From sequence record OZ240615.1: DNA of 64,000 bases; one strand, given 5' to 3'. Under the pieces are notes generated by a model. It saw nothing but the letters and a program-made list of their open reading frames with translations. It did not search any database and was not told the origin of the DNA. Positions 47,581 through 57,370 of the stretch are shown one piece after another. Position numbers and translations under genes: made by a program. Every line of letters begins with the position of its first letter. The stretch's first letter is position 1.

Positions 47581-48255
47581 TTAGTTGAAAACAGAAACAA
47601 AGCGACTTACAACGCGAGTGCGGCCTTTACCCGGACCACGTTTAATTGGGCTCGACAGCGTGAGACGATATGCTTTTATTACATCACCATCGAAATCTGC
47701 AAAGCCTGGCGCGGCGGGTCCTTTATTCCCATAAAGACTAATGACCGGACTGCCGGAAATACCATAACCCTTATCGGACTCCGTAGAGAACATAACGTAG
47801 TTATAAGGTTGCCCTGTGCGGGCAAGTGCCGCGAGTTCATATTTCTCGCTGATTGTATCGGCATCTTCAAAAACAACAACTTTAGAGATATCAGGCGAGC
47901 CATAAATATCTGCAGGAGGATTATCTTCGAGACGAACTACTTCAAAAGGTTCTTCTGAAAGCTTGATGATTTCCAACAGACCGTCAACGATCGAAGACGT
48001 TGTAATATACGCACGTACTTCGCCAGCGGGCGTCAGATCGTGGATACATTGACGGGCCGTCATTATAGAGAGTTGCATATCCCTTACTTTAGGACTTCTG
48101 GTAAGAGCCTCAGGTAATATCATGTCGTAGAAAGGCTCAGCACGATGGGACAACTGATAGGCAATTTTCTTTTTGTTTTCTGCCGTGGGGCTAACTTCGT
48201 TATACCAATCTAAAATGTTTTTGGCCATATGTACGATTGTTTCTAAGTTAGTCAT
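47581..48255 (-). CDS. hypothetical protein with degenerate P-loop-like core and C-terminal ADFDGD
   Basis: KVVVFEDAD, YVMFST, GFADFDGDVIKAY; SD AGGAG. Confidence 0.7.
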   Translation of the reverse strand: MTNLETIVHMAKNILDWYNEVSPTAENKKKIAYQLSHRAEPFYDMILPEALTRSPKVRDMQLSIMTARQCIHDLTPAGEVRAYITTSSIVDGLLEIIKLSEEPFEVVRLEDNPPADIYGSPDISKVVVFEDADTISEKYELAALARTGQPYNYVMFSTESDKGYGISGSPVISLYGNKGPAAPGFADFDGDVIKAYRLTLSSPIKRGPGKGRTRVVSRFVSVFN

Positions 48256-48356
48256 TTAAATTTCTCCTAAGTTTAGTTATTAGAAAAGACCTTTCCTTTC
48301 TTATTTCACTGTAGCAATATATACATCAAACAAACTGCATTTCGATTTTTAGAAGT

Positions 48357-49634
48357 TTGTATGTTAACTGCCCTTTGAAGGAAACTATTGTGGAAATCAA
48401 AAACCTTTTTGACGACCGTTTTAAGAATGTCGTCTATGATAGTCGCTTTGCCAGAGAAATTGCTGTTTTCACGAAGACCTTCGAGAACAAAGGTGATCAT
48501 GCAAATTTCTTTGGTAGCGGATTACTCGGTACAGTACGTATCAGATGGACCAACACTGAGACCAACGGCTTTTTCGACGATATCTTAAAAATAGACCCAG
48601 ATGATCTCAAAGCCGATATCGACGAACTTGATTGCATTGATCCGTCCCATATCGTTACCACTGACGCTTTTAACTTGATGATTGTCTATTGCGTACATCG
48701 CGTGATGACAACCGGTAAGTTATCCGCACCGCAACGAAAAGAAGTCGCCATCAATTTATTGAGAATTCTCCATTTCAAATTTATTTGCGGTATCATTACG
48801 CGTTATTTCCCCCACGGCACAGATGTTCAAATCGCCCTACGAACGTACGAAGCCATGACTAACCGTTTTGATCTTAAGATCTACAAGACTTGGGGGAAAT
48901 TAATTACTGCCCGTGCCCAGTCAATCCTTGAGCCTAACGGTATCCACGCGAAAACTATCCAGACTTTCGCTGATGACGACGCAGTCAAGTACATGTTGTC
49001 CGATATCCAAACACGTATCCGTACGGTAATTAAGACGTTAACTGCGCTTTATTACCAAGTCAGGGAAACAGACGGTCGCGTCATTTCGGTTTCTAATATG
49101 GTCGAAGTAGAAGGGACAATGGAGATCCGCGATATCAAACGCGCGTTCCCGAAATATCGTCGCTATCTCTTTGAACAAATGGTTGACCCGGTAAGTTTTA
49201 TTCGGTTAGAGTTAGTTGATATCCTAACGAAAAACGCCCCGTCGCAGAAAAAAGCTCTGATTGCCACGCTGCAATACGTCAGTCTTCACGTTATCAACCC
49301 GGAAGCGGTTTTCAGCGGGAAAGAACCTAAACAGAGTAAAGAAGCGAAGAAACTGATTGAGTTCACAGACAGGACGTTAGAGTATACGTTTGATTTTATT
49401 CATGGTAAGGGAATTAATCCACGGAACCTGGCGGAGCTGATCGGTAGTATTAAAGCTGTTCTCAACGCCTCACGAAACAAAGAACCTGAGGTCATGTACT
49501 TACGTACAGAGGGTGACAAAATTGTCAGGACTGCCACTGGGAAACGCGAACCTACCCCTGTTTCCGCAGAGAGAACGTCTTTCATTTTATACCTCATTCT
49601 ACGGACGTTGACGATGTCCTACTACCAAAGCTAA
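48357..49634 (+). CDS. conserved virion structural protein (phiKZ gp32 position)
   Basis: HANFFGSGLLG, TTDAFNL, YMLSDIQTRIR; probable GTG start at 48390. Confidence 0.75.
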   Translation: MYVNCPLKETIVEIKNLFDDRFKNVVYDSRFAREIAVFTKTFENKGDHANFFGSGLLGTVRIRWTNTETNGFFDDILKIDPDDLKADIDELDCIDPSHIVTTDAFNLMIVYCVHRVMTTGKLSAPQRKEVAINLLRILHFKFICGIITRYFPHGTDVQIALRTYEAMTNRFDLKIYKTWGKLITARAQSILEPNGIHAKTIQTFADDDAVKYMLSDIQTRIRTVIKTLTALYYQVRETDGRVISVSNMVEVEGTMEIRDIKRAFPKYRRYLFEQMVDPVSFIRLELVDILTKNAPSQKKALIATLQYVSLHVINPEAVFSGKEPKQSKEAKKLIEFTDRTLEYTFDFIHGKGINPRNLAELIGSIKAVLNASRNKEPEVMYLRTEGDKIVRTATGKREPTPVSAERTSFILYLILRTLTMSYYQS

Positions 49635-49642
49635 AACAAAAA

Positions 49643-49670
49643 AAAAGAGAGGGCAAACGCCCTCTCTTTT
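49643..49670. terminator. bidirectional terminator
   Basis: aaaagagagggc-aaac-gccctctctttt. Confidence 0.8.
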
Positions 49671-49679
49671 GTGCCTTAG

Positions 49680-50726
49680 TTAAAGGCCGATTTGTTTCGC
49701 TAAACGACAATAGCCGCGATAGAAGGCATCGATCAGAAGATTCTCCAACAGCGGAATACTAGGAATACTCTGACCAAAAACGTTATAGTTCCAGGTTACG
49801 TGTTTCCGGATAGCACAGGTATTTTCTGGCGTAGGGCCTTTGACCATATAAGCGATGTCCCCTACACTGGAGGTTAAAACCCAACGATCTTCGTCTTCGC
49901 GGTATTCTACATCAGTAATAAAACGGTCTGTTTTAAACTCCGCGTCGCTCAAAGGTCCGCCGATAATGTCCTCAATAGCGTGCCTCATGTATTTGTCAAT
50001 CAACGGGATCTTTTGAATGTTCCCGTCGATATGGTACCCGAACCCCTTACCTAAAATGGTCCCAACGTAGAAACCTTCACAACTGTCCTTGTCATTAGAG
50101 CGGTTGATCAACTTCAGTACCAGGTCAGATGTACTGTCGAAGAACAGCGCTACATTGGGGAGAAACTGATATTCCCCCCGGCGTTGACAGACAACCTTAT
50201 GCGCCCACGCCAACTCAAACTGAGAACGCATATACAAAATGAAATCAGCCCCGAGCTGCCGCTGCCACGTCCGGCCGTAAAAGTCCCCAACCCACGACGA
50301 CTTATCGTCGGCCATAGTCCCTGAAGCAACAGGTCGACCGTTCATTAGCAGCGTACGTTGCATGACATGAATTTTAAAACGGCAGTTCAGCATAAAACGA
50401 ACCCTGGCCTTTTCACCCATGTAATGTTGGAAGGCGTGTTGGATCGCAAGAAGGCTAAACGGTTTTTCATTTTCCTGAGTAAAATGGTAACGCACGGTGT
50501 CGCCATGCAGCGTAACAAACACGAGATGTTTCATCTCGAGCGTTGGGGTATTATCTAGCCGAATAAGAATATTTTCATTTTTATCGGTGAAGATATAACC
50601 GTGTTCATTTTTGTATGCGAAGACCGAATTGTTTTTATCAAGGGTCATTACCCCGTCGTAATTAAAATTAGAATCGGTCTTTTTATCGTAAACGCTGGCG
50701 TAAACAAAAGTTTCAATAGTGGCCAT
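49680..50726 (-). CDS. hypothetical early protein
   Basis: 348 aa after an early promoter; SD AAGGAGG. Confidence 0.75.
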   Translation of the reverse strand: MATIETFVYASVYDKKTDSNFNYDGVMTLDKNNSVFAYKNEHGYIFTDKNENILIRLDNTPTLEMKHLVFVTLHGDTVRYHFTQENEKPFSLLAIQHAFQHYMGEKARVRFMLNCRFKIHVMQRTLLMNGRPVASGTMADDKSSWVGDFYGRTWQRQLGADFILYMRSQFELAWAHKVVCQRRGEYQFLPNVALFFDSTSDLVLKLINRSNDKDSCEGFYVGTILGKGFGYHIDGNIQKIPLIDKYMRHAIEDIIGGPLSDAEFKTDRFITDVEYREDEDRWVLTSSVGDIAYMVKGPTPENTCAIRKHVTWNYNVFGQSIPSIPLLENLLIDAFYRGYCRLAKQIGL

Positions 50727-50803
50727 GTTGATCCTCCTTAAGGGTTAGAGAATAAGAGGAATGTCAGCAATAACGCCGACATTCCGTATCGATGTTCAAT
50801 AGG

Positions 50804-50831
50804 GTGATATATACACCACTATCTTTTGACT
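50804..50831 (-). promoter_or_regulatory. putative early promoter
   Basis: AGTCAA-N14-TATATCAC followed by CCTATTG. Confidence 0.7.
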
Positions 50832-53004
50832 ACCTATAGTAATTTGTACCCATGTATTTTTGGAACTCCGCGTGACGATTGGAGTTGATCTCTTCAATCT
50901 TCCCGGTGACGTTAATCGGTTCAGCACCCGCCTCTTCCAGACATTCGTTAAGGTAATTCAAACGTCTTTCTAGCTTCATAGCACTGATAGGATTATCGGC
51001 AGTTTCCATTGCGGTTAAAAGTTTCTCGATCTCCCGATGGAGGAAATCAATCTCTTCTTGTTGCTCATCAATCTCATTCGCATTCCCCGCCAATACGTCC
51101 ACTGCCCCGGTCAGTACCCGTCTTGAGTCTAAACCATAATAGTCTAAATTCGCCCCGTAAATCAGTAAATAGACGGTCAGAAGATAAGCGATCACGGTGT
51201 CATCGTGACCACCTGGCGGATGGTCTATTTTACCGTTCTTTTCAATCAACCCGGTCAATTCTGCAATCAGGATTTTATCGTGTATCCGAGTAGCACCTTT
51301 CAACATTGCAATTTTCAGCACAGTTTCATAAAGCTGTCTGCGCGTGGTAGTGCCTGTACAGAAACCAAATTTGGTTTTCCGTCGAATGTAAAAGGCGTCG
51401 TCACGGCGATTCATGTCTCCTTGGATTTCCATGTAAGAAGCCGTATCCACTGACTTATTATCAACGATCGAGTTGTAAATTCGTTTAAACGGGTCGATGC
51501 CTTTGCTGTGCAAAATCAAGCACAGGTAGTCGATGAACGTCTGCCCAGTAGATTTCCTTTCGGGGATAAAGACGGCTTTTGGATAAGAGATCAACAGATC
51601 GCCTAAGAACTCAGCGTATTTAGGGATCAAAGCTTCATTGATCACTGAAACCCCGATAACGTCTGCGCTATACGGATCGAGGAAGACCAATGACAACGCA
51701 TCTCGTCCCCCGCCCTCTGAGGTATCTGCCCCGATAATAAAGGTCATCGTTTTCCGGTGTTCGTCGATATATTCTTTCGGAACATACCAGTGAACGATGT
51801 AGCCGTTACGGAAAATCTCGGAGTAATCAGAATAGCGTTGGGAACCGATGGCTTTCGCCAATAATTCTTTGTCGATCGGGTTGTTGGTCCCGGCTGCTGT
51901 CCAGATATTAAAGAAGTCTCGGTCTGCTTCTGGGCCGCGTGCCATTGCGCGACGCATGTTTTCGTAGTGCTGCTCATCAGAAACACCGACCTGATTATGG
52001 CTCCAGGTTCCGTTAATCAAAAGTTTAGCGTCTTTCGACTTAAGGTTGCGCTGCACCACCTCACGAAGATTAGCCTGCGAACCAGCATCGTAAAAATGGT
52101 CAGACCACCGAGCTGCTTCGTTCCACATTTTGAAGACGAAGCGTCCGTCGCGGCTGGTTTGGTCACCCGCAGTTGTGGTCATGATACTTCCCCACGGCAT
52201 GTTTCTTGCTTTGGCTTTTTCGATCGCGGCGTTCATACCAGGCATCGCAGCTTTGAACGCAATCTCGATATAGTTGATGAAGGGGGTTTCATCCCACCCT
52301 ACCGTCGGCGAGGTGTTACCACGACCGACCTTATTGGCACCGCCTGGGTCAGAGCGCGAAACTGCCACTGCAAACAAGTTACCACGGGTGTTGTAAGTGA
52401 CCTTTTCGTTTGCGATCGTATCGGAGCGGTCAGTTACTGTTAAGTACGGCGGGAGATACTCACGAATGCGTCGTATCATGGTGGTGGTTTCGGAACGGAG
52501 TTCGTCTGATTTAGTCACCAGTGAAATACGGGCTTTAGTATACCGCATGTACAACAACCACGAGTACAAGCAATAAGAGATAAGCGATTTACCGGTCTGA
52601 CGGGGCTGTATCAGAAGATAATCGATGTGGTTCATGTACGACCAAATAAGCGACATATTCGCTCGGTTCGCACGTAACAGATCGCCTTCTTCACCGACGA
52701 CAGGTGGGACACGCAAACATTCTCTGAGGTAATACCAAATATTATATTCGGCCTCTATCTTAATCGCTATCATCTGATCTTCAGTCAAATTTGGACTGAA
52801 AGGGTCAACACCAACCAGATCAGGGTTTAAAAGCGCCAGTGGCCAATGGTGATTTTTGATCCCCATTTTTTGCAATACCCCGACAAAACGGGTAAACTCT
52901 TTGTTTGGCGTATCCCAATCGGGTATAGCGCTGGGATGGTAGTCCCAGTCCTCAAGGTGGAGTATCGGCCGTGAATCATTTTCCATCGTATTGTGTATCG
53001 ACAT
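50830..53004 (-). CDS. terL: terminase large subunit (phiKZ gp25-like)
   Basis: PRQTGKS Walker A, GWDET Walker B, TTTAG, IGADTSEG nuclease Asp, GHDDTVIA. Confidence 0.93.
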   Translation of the reverse strand: MSIHNTMENDSRPILHLEDWDYHPSAIPDWDTPNKEFTRFVGVLQKMGIKNHHWPLALLNPDLVGVDPFSPNLTEDQMIAIKIEAEYNIWYYLRECLRVPPVVGEEGDLLRANRANMSLIWSYMNHIDYLLIQPRQTGKSLISYCLYSWLLYMRYTKARISLVTKSDELRSETTTMIRRIREYLPPYLTVTDRSDTIANEKVTYNTRGNLFAVAVSRSDPGGANKVGRGNTSPTVGWDETPFINYIEIAFKAAMPGMNAAIEKAKARNMPWGSIMTTTAGDQTSRDGRFVFKMWNEAARWSDHFYDAGSQANLREVVQRNLKSKDAKLLINGTWSHNQVGVSDEQHYENMRRAMARGPEADRDFFNIWTAAGTNNPIDKELLAKAIGSQRYSDYSEIFRNGYIVHWYVPKEYIDEHRKTMTFIIGADTSEGGGRDALSLVFLDPYSADVIGVSVINEALIPKYAEFLGDLLISYPKAVFIPERKSTGQTFIDYLCLILHSKGIDPFKRIYNSIVDNKSVDTASYMEIQGDMNRRDDAFYIRRKTKFGFCTGTTTRRQLYETVLKIAMLKGATRIHDKILIAELTGLIEKNGKIDHPPGGHDDTVIAYLLTVYLLIYGANLDYYGLDSRRVLTGAVDVLAGNANEIDEQQEEIDFLHREIEKLLTAMETADNPISAMKLERRLNYLNECLEEAGAEPINVTGKIEEINSNRHAEFQKYMGTNYYR

Positions 53005-53050
53005 GAGGGACTCCCTCTACTGTAAATATTATCATAGAGAAAGTATAGGG

Positions 53051-53081
53051 CACAGAGAGGAGGGAAACCCTCCTCTCTGTG
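53051..53081 (-). terminator. hairpin terminator
   Basis: cacagagaggaggg-aaa-ccctcctctctgtg. Confidence 0.7.
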
Positions 53082-53092
53082 TGCAAAACGAC

Positions 53093-54802
53093 TTATGATA
53101 AGGTATGACGAATAATCATCCCAGCAGTAGCCAGTTGTAGATCTACGCCGTTCACCGTACGTACCCAGTGGAGCAACGCCAATTTCCCAACGGTACCGCC
53201 TGTCGCGATCGTGAACGTGGTATTCCACGCAGAAATCGGTTGACGGACACGAATGTTGTCTACCTGGAGGATAAAGTGCGTAGGTACCAGCGGTTCGCTT
53301 TCGGTTTCGGTATCGTACAACGGATGTAGACGGTAGTACAATCGATCAAGCCATTCGCTTTGCGTTTGTGCACCCATACTCATATCCGTCGACCAAACCT
53401 GGGACGAGATATACTTCAAACGACACTCAAGTGATCCGCCGTAGTCCTCGTCACCTATTTCGAAGTTGACAAACCAAGGAGATTCGACACCGCTCTCACC
53501 ATCAGCCATTAACGTAATGTCGTTTTTCTGAACATGACGATAACTACTAAAAGAACTGGACACTTTTGAAATATCCAGTGCAAAGGCCATATGTTGTTTG
53601 GTGTTATAGAGCGTCGGATCCCAGACCGCCGACCCAGGCGCCGCTTCGAGAAGATCCGTTACTTCGTACATCGCTAAACGATCGAGGCTTTGCATGAAAT
53701 GACGAAGCTTGTAACCATTACCATTGCTCTGCCACTCTGGGAACATGAAGAGTTTCACCGAATAAGCATTCGGGAGCGTCACTGATTCAATGGTATACGC
53801 TACGGTAACAGTGCCCGAGGCAGTGGTTGTGCCCTGATAACTTTCGGTACTGTCCAGTTGATAAAACAGGGTCAGTGGACTGGTCTGCCCGGATTGAGTC
53901 GGGATGAACTCGCTCAAACCGGAAAGATAGATTTTACTACCATCAACCGGCTTGATCACTGAACTACCGTCGGTATAAGTCACCCTTACACTAACGTCAA
54001 TCGATGTCATCAACAGATTAACAGGTACGTTGAGACGGTTCGGGTCGGTGGCGCTTAAATAACTGCTGACCAGTGCAACAGAATCGATAGAGCGTTTTGC
54101 CGAGTTAGATTGACGAATAATTCCTGAATCTACCACGGTCATGGTAAAGCGACTCGTCGGGAGCCCTGCCGCATCGTAGAAGATAACAAGAACGATTTCA
54201 CCGTTCTCAATTTTTCTCGTCGCATTAGCTGTAACAGGAATGCGGTAATTACCCGTCGTGTCACCCTCAATGGTCATCAACGGGATTTCGTCACTCTCCA
54301 GTTGACCAGATTGGTTGTAATACGCGGACAACACTTCCAGGTTACCGGTAGTGGATGTGTTAGAGAACACACGAACCTTTGTCGCGGTCGGCTGATAGGC
54401 TCTCAATAAGCTGTCGAAAGCCATCTCGGGCGGAGAGACAGTGTTATCAACGTAAACAAAGAACCCAGGTTGCGGGTAACGACTCCCGACCCCTAAAAGA
54501 ATATCGATGGAGTTATCGATAGTCGTAGGGACGTTGTACGCGATCCAGGTCGATAACAGCGTCGACGTATCTACTTCAGTAACGATATAAAACCCGGAAT
54601 TTTTATCGAAGATACGATCCCCTACTTTAGGGACGAATCGTCCGGTGTTCCCCGAACCTATTCCGGCGGGACCGACATAAATTTCAGAGCGCGCCCACTC
54701 TTTGTACAACCCGTTCGGGTTCCAGATAGGTACATCAGCTGGCGTATCGTCCGTTAACACCAGCGCGTATTGTACTCCACTTGTAGTGGTCGATGTGGCC
54801 AT
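53093..54802 (-). CDS. virion structural protein (phiKZ gp26 position)
   Basis: 569 aa, beta-rich; synteny upstream of terminase. Confidence 0.75.
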   Translation of the reverse strand: MATSTTTSGVQYALVLTDDTPADVPIWNPNGLYKEWARSEIYVGPAGIGSGNTGRFVPKVGDRIFDKNSGFYIVTEVDTSTLLSTWIAYNVPTTIDNSIDILLGVGSRYPQPGFFVYVDNTVSPPEMAFDSLLRAYQPTATKVRVFSNTSTTGNLEVLSAYYNQSGQLESDEIPLMTIEGDTTGNYRIPVTANATRKIENGEIVLVIFYDAAGLPTSRFTMTVVDSGIIRQSNSAKRSIDSVALVSSYLSATDPNRLNVPVNLLMTSIDVSVRVTYTDGSSVIKPVDGSKIYLSGLSEFIPTQSGQTSPLTLFYQLDSTESYQGTTTASGTVTVAYTIESVTLPNAYSVKLFMFPEWQSNGNGYKLRHFMQSLDRLAMYEVTDLLEAAPGSAVWDPTLYNTKQHMAFALDISKVSSSFSSYRHVQKNDITLMADGESGVESPWFVNFEIGDEDYGGSLECRLKYISSQVWSTDMSMGAQTQSEWLDRLYYRLHPLYDTETESEPLVPTHFILQVDNIRVRQPISAWNTTFTIATGGTVGKLALLHWVRTVNGVDLQLATAGMIIRHTLS

Positions 54803-54803
54803 G

Positions 54804-57362
54804 TCACGATTCCTTTATAAAGAAATAATCGTTAAGAGCAAGACGATTATTGAGATAGTAAAGATTGATGTTCTGTAAGAACTGCCAGCGTTTCGTCGTG
54901 ATTCCGACAGCGGATGAAAACGGGTGCGCATCGATGAAGATATAATTTGTGTTCCACGTACTCCTGCACGGGTCGATGTCTAAATACGCAGTGTACTTAG
55001 CCATGATCTTATCCAGAGCGACCTTATCGTTAACACTTAGAGGCTCACTGATCGTCCCGTTTTCAAGATCAAAGAGTAAACGGGTAATGACAACAGAGAA
55101 CATTCTGTATCGTTCATTGATCGGGTTCGGTCCCGTTAATTCTTTCTCCGGGAATTTCAACGTCATGTAATCATTAACGCGCTTATCGGACTCCGTGCCC
55201 ATTTCAATCAGTTCCGCGTTGGCATTACTGGAAATACCATAAAGCGGGACATAAACCATTTCTTCAGAATAAGCCAGCCCATTAGGGAGTAACGGAATTT
55301 GTTTTTCATCCGCATCTTCGATGAACGGGACAGTACTGGGGTCTACTAATTTCCCATCGATGACAGTCCGAATAACTTTGTCGTCTCGTACATCAAAACG
55401 CCCGTTAACACTGACATAACCGTGGTCAACAAATCCAATGGTTTTCGGAGGAGAATGGGTGACAGTGGGCGTTTCCCAACCTAAACCAGCAAACGTGAAT
55501 TTTTGCATCGAGCCGAGCGATTCGTCGTAATAACGATTAGTGATCAAAGTACCCTGATTACCAGAAAGAATAAAATCAAGTCCTTCAATCAACGGATGAC
55601 CGTTCATCCAAACACGTAATTGACGTGGTCGAATAGGCAGTACAGTTCCTGCGGTTTTACTGTAGGTCAAGGTGAAACGATAAATACCGTCCGAGCTGTC
55701 CACTAACTGATCGTAAACCAACGCATCCTTACTAGTGAGAATTAATCCCATGTTTCGTGCTTTAACGTGAATCCAGGTCACAACGTTATTCAGGACAGTA
55801 TAGTGCGTTCCTTCGACAGCAGGCACCCATTCACCGGTTAAGACACCATTGTTAATAGGGCAGGTGAAGAAGTAGTATTGATACTTATCGTCCAATGTGG
55901 CGTTATCATTGCTCGGTGACCAAGTAATGGCTTTCGTCCCCCAACCAATAATCCCTTCCACCAACGCCGCCGCTTCATCTTTCACGAAATACCGCTCTGC
56001 ATAACCGTGTTTATGCCAACCCAGTAAAAGACCGTTCTCGTCGTACTCAAAAAGCGTTGAGCAAAGCGACAGACCAAAAGGAACGTCGACGTAACCGCCG
56101 TTAGAGGAGGGAGTAACTTTCGTCGGGTTTAATGCAAACAACGTAGCCAACGCATTGTAACCGTACGCATTGATTACGTCGGTCGCTGTGAAGCTCGCCC
56201 AGAAGTTTCTCATGATGGCGGTATAAAGTGAATTTTCAAGATTTTCAACACGCCATTCTGTCAGCGTGGAATCAATCCCGATCATCGCCCTTAAAATGTC
56301 GGTATCGCTTAAGCGGTAAAGGGTTTCGATTCGGTTGACTTCGTGAATCAACGGACGATTGTAACCGGACTCCCTCAGGTGCAGACGAATATAACAGTTT
56401 TCATACGACGTCCAGCCGTCATTGATGTAAGCAGAGACGTAACCGGTGGGGATACTGTAATCGGCATGTGTGACGTTCCGTAAGCTGTTTTCTTTATTAC
56501 GGTGGTAATAACGTCCGCTCAATGCGCTGGCACTGTCGACTTTGTAAAGGTAAAGATCGATGTCGTCAACGTAATAAATTTCGTTGTCGTGGGTATTTTT
56601 ACTCGGGTGCAGTAAATATTTCTTCAGATTATCCAGTGTTGACGTATAATCGTATAACGATGAGATTTTAAAATCAACCACATGACTAACCGCAGAGTCG
56701 TAGAACGCCTCGATAAGATCCCCAATGGCAATGTCCGTGGATTTGATCTCAGGTTTCCAAACCCCATTGTGAAAGATGTTCACAACGCCCGTTAACGCTT
56801 GCAGCGGTCGCAGTGCTGTAATAAACGTCGCAATATCGCTTTGACGGACGATTTCTCGTCCGAGATAAGCAATCTTTTTCCCGATATTGTTACTGCGATC
56901 CGAACGGAAAAAAGCGTTGTTGTAAATACGAAGATATACTTTTTCTTTCGCCAGTTCCCAGCGTGTCGAATAGTCTTTGATCGCGATGATTAAATTGTCG
57001 TCGTAGGTCCGAAGAACGTAACTCGAAAACAAAGGGAGTTTGATCCCCGTTTCCAAATAGAGGTCAACAACTAAATCGTTGACCTCAGCGTAAGGCCCTA
57101 ACGCCATCCATACCCCGCGTTTATCGGGGAGTCCTGTACGCCATCTGCTGTTATTCCCGATCTGATAAAGATGGTAGACGTCGGTTTCTGTGGGTAATGG
57201 GGTGTCAACCCACAGAATGGAATGAGAGACTTTTACCCCGCTGTCTTTCGTGATTCGTGTTAAGTCCAGGATTACTTGCCGATCTTGAATAGGCGCGCAC
57301 CAGAGATTTGTACGTGCATGATCGAGAAGGAAACTTTCAGTAACTGAATTCATTACACGCAC
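54804..57362 (-). CDS. virion structural/baseplate protein (phiKZ gp27 position)
   Basis: 852 aa; HARTNLWCAP, YVDDIDLYL, THADYSIP; synteny. Confidence 0.75.
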   Translation of the reverse strand: MRVMNSVTESFLLDHARTNLWCAPIQDRQVILDLTRITKDSGVKVSHSILWVDTPLPTETDVYHLYQIGNNSRWRTGLPDKRGVWMALGPYAEVNDLVVDLYLETGIKLPLFSSYVLRTYDDNLIIAIKDYSTRWELAKEKVYLRIYNNAFFRSDRSNNIGKKIAYLGREIVRQSDIATFITALRPLQALTGVVNIFHNGVWKPEIKSTDIAIGDLIEAFYDSAVSHVVDFKISSLYDYTSTLDNLKKYLLHPSKNTHDNEIYYVDDIDLYLYKVDSASALSGRYYHRNKENSLRNVTHADYSIPTGYVSAYINDGWTSYENCYIRLHLRESGYNRPLIHEVNRIETLYRLSDTDILRAMIGIDSTLTEWRVENLENSLYTAIMRNFWASFTATDVINAYGYNALATLFALNPTKVTPSSNGGYVDVPFGLSLCSTLFEYDENGLLLGWHKHGYAERYFVKDEAAALVEGIIGWGTKAITWSPSNDNATLDDKYQYYFFTCPINNGVLTGEWVPAVEGTHYTVLNNVVTWIHVKARNMGLILTSKDALVYDQLVDSSDGIYRFTLTYSKTAGTVLPIRPRQLRVWMNGHPLIEGLDFILSGNQGTLITNRYYDESLGSMQKFTFAGLGWETPTVTHSPPKTIGFVDHGYVSVNGRFDVRDDKVIRTVIDGKLVDPSTVPFIEDADEKQIPLLPNGLAYSEEMVYVPLYGISSNANAELIEMGTESDKRVNDYMTLKFPEKELTGPNPINERYRMFSVVITRLLFDLENGTISEPLSVNDKVALDKIMAKYTAYLDIDPCRSTWNTNYIFIDAHPFSSAVGITTKRWQFLQNINLYYLNNRLALNDYFFIKES

Positions 57363-57370
57363 CTTTTCGT

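Noticed and set aside
48314-48321. TATATTGC variant of the early promoter upstream of 48255
   Set aside because: Two mismatches and the upstream hexamer is not at 14 nt; plausible but unsupported
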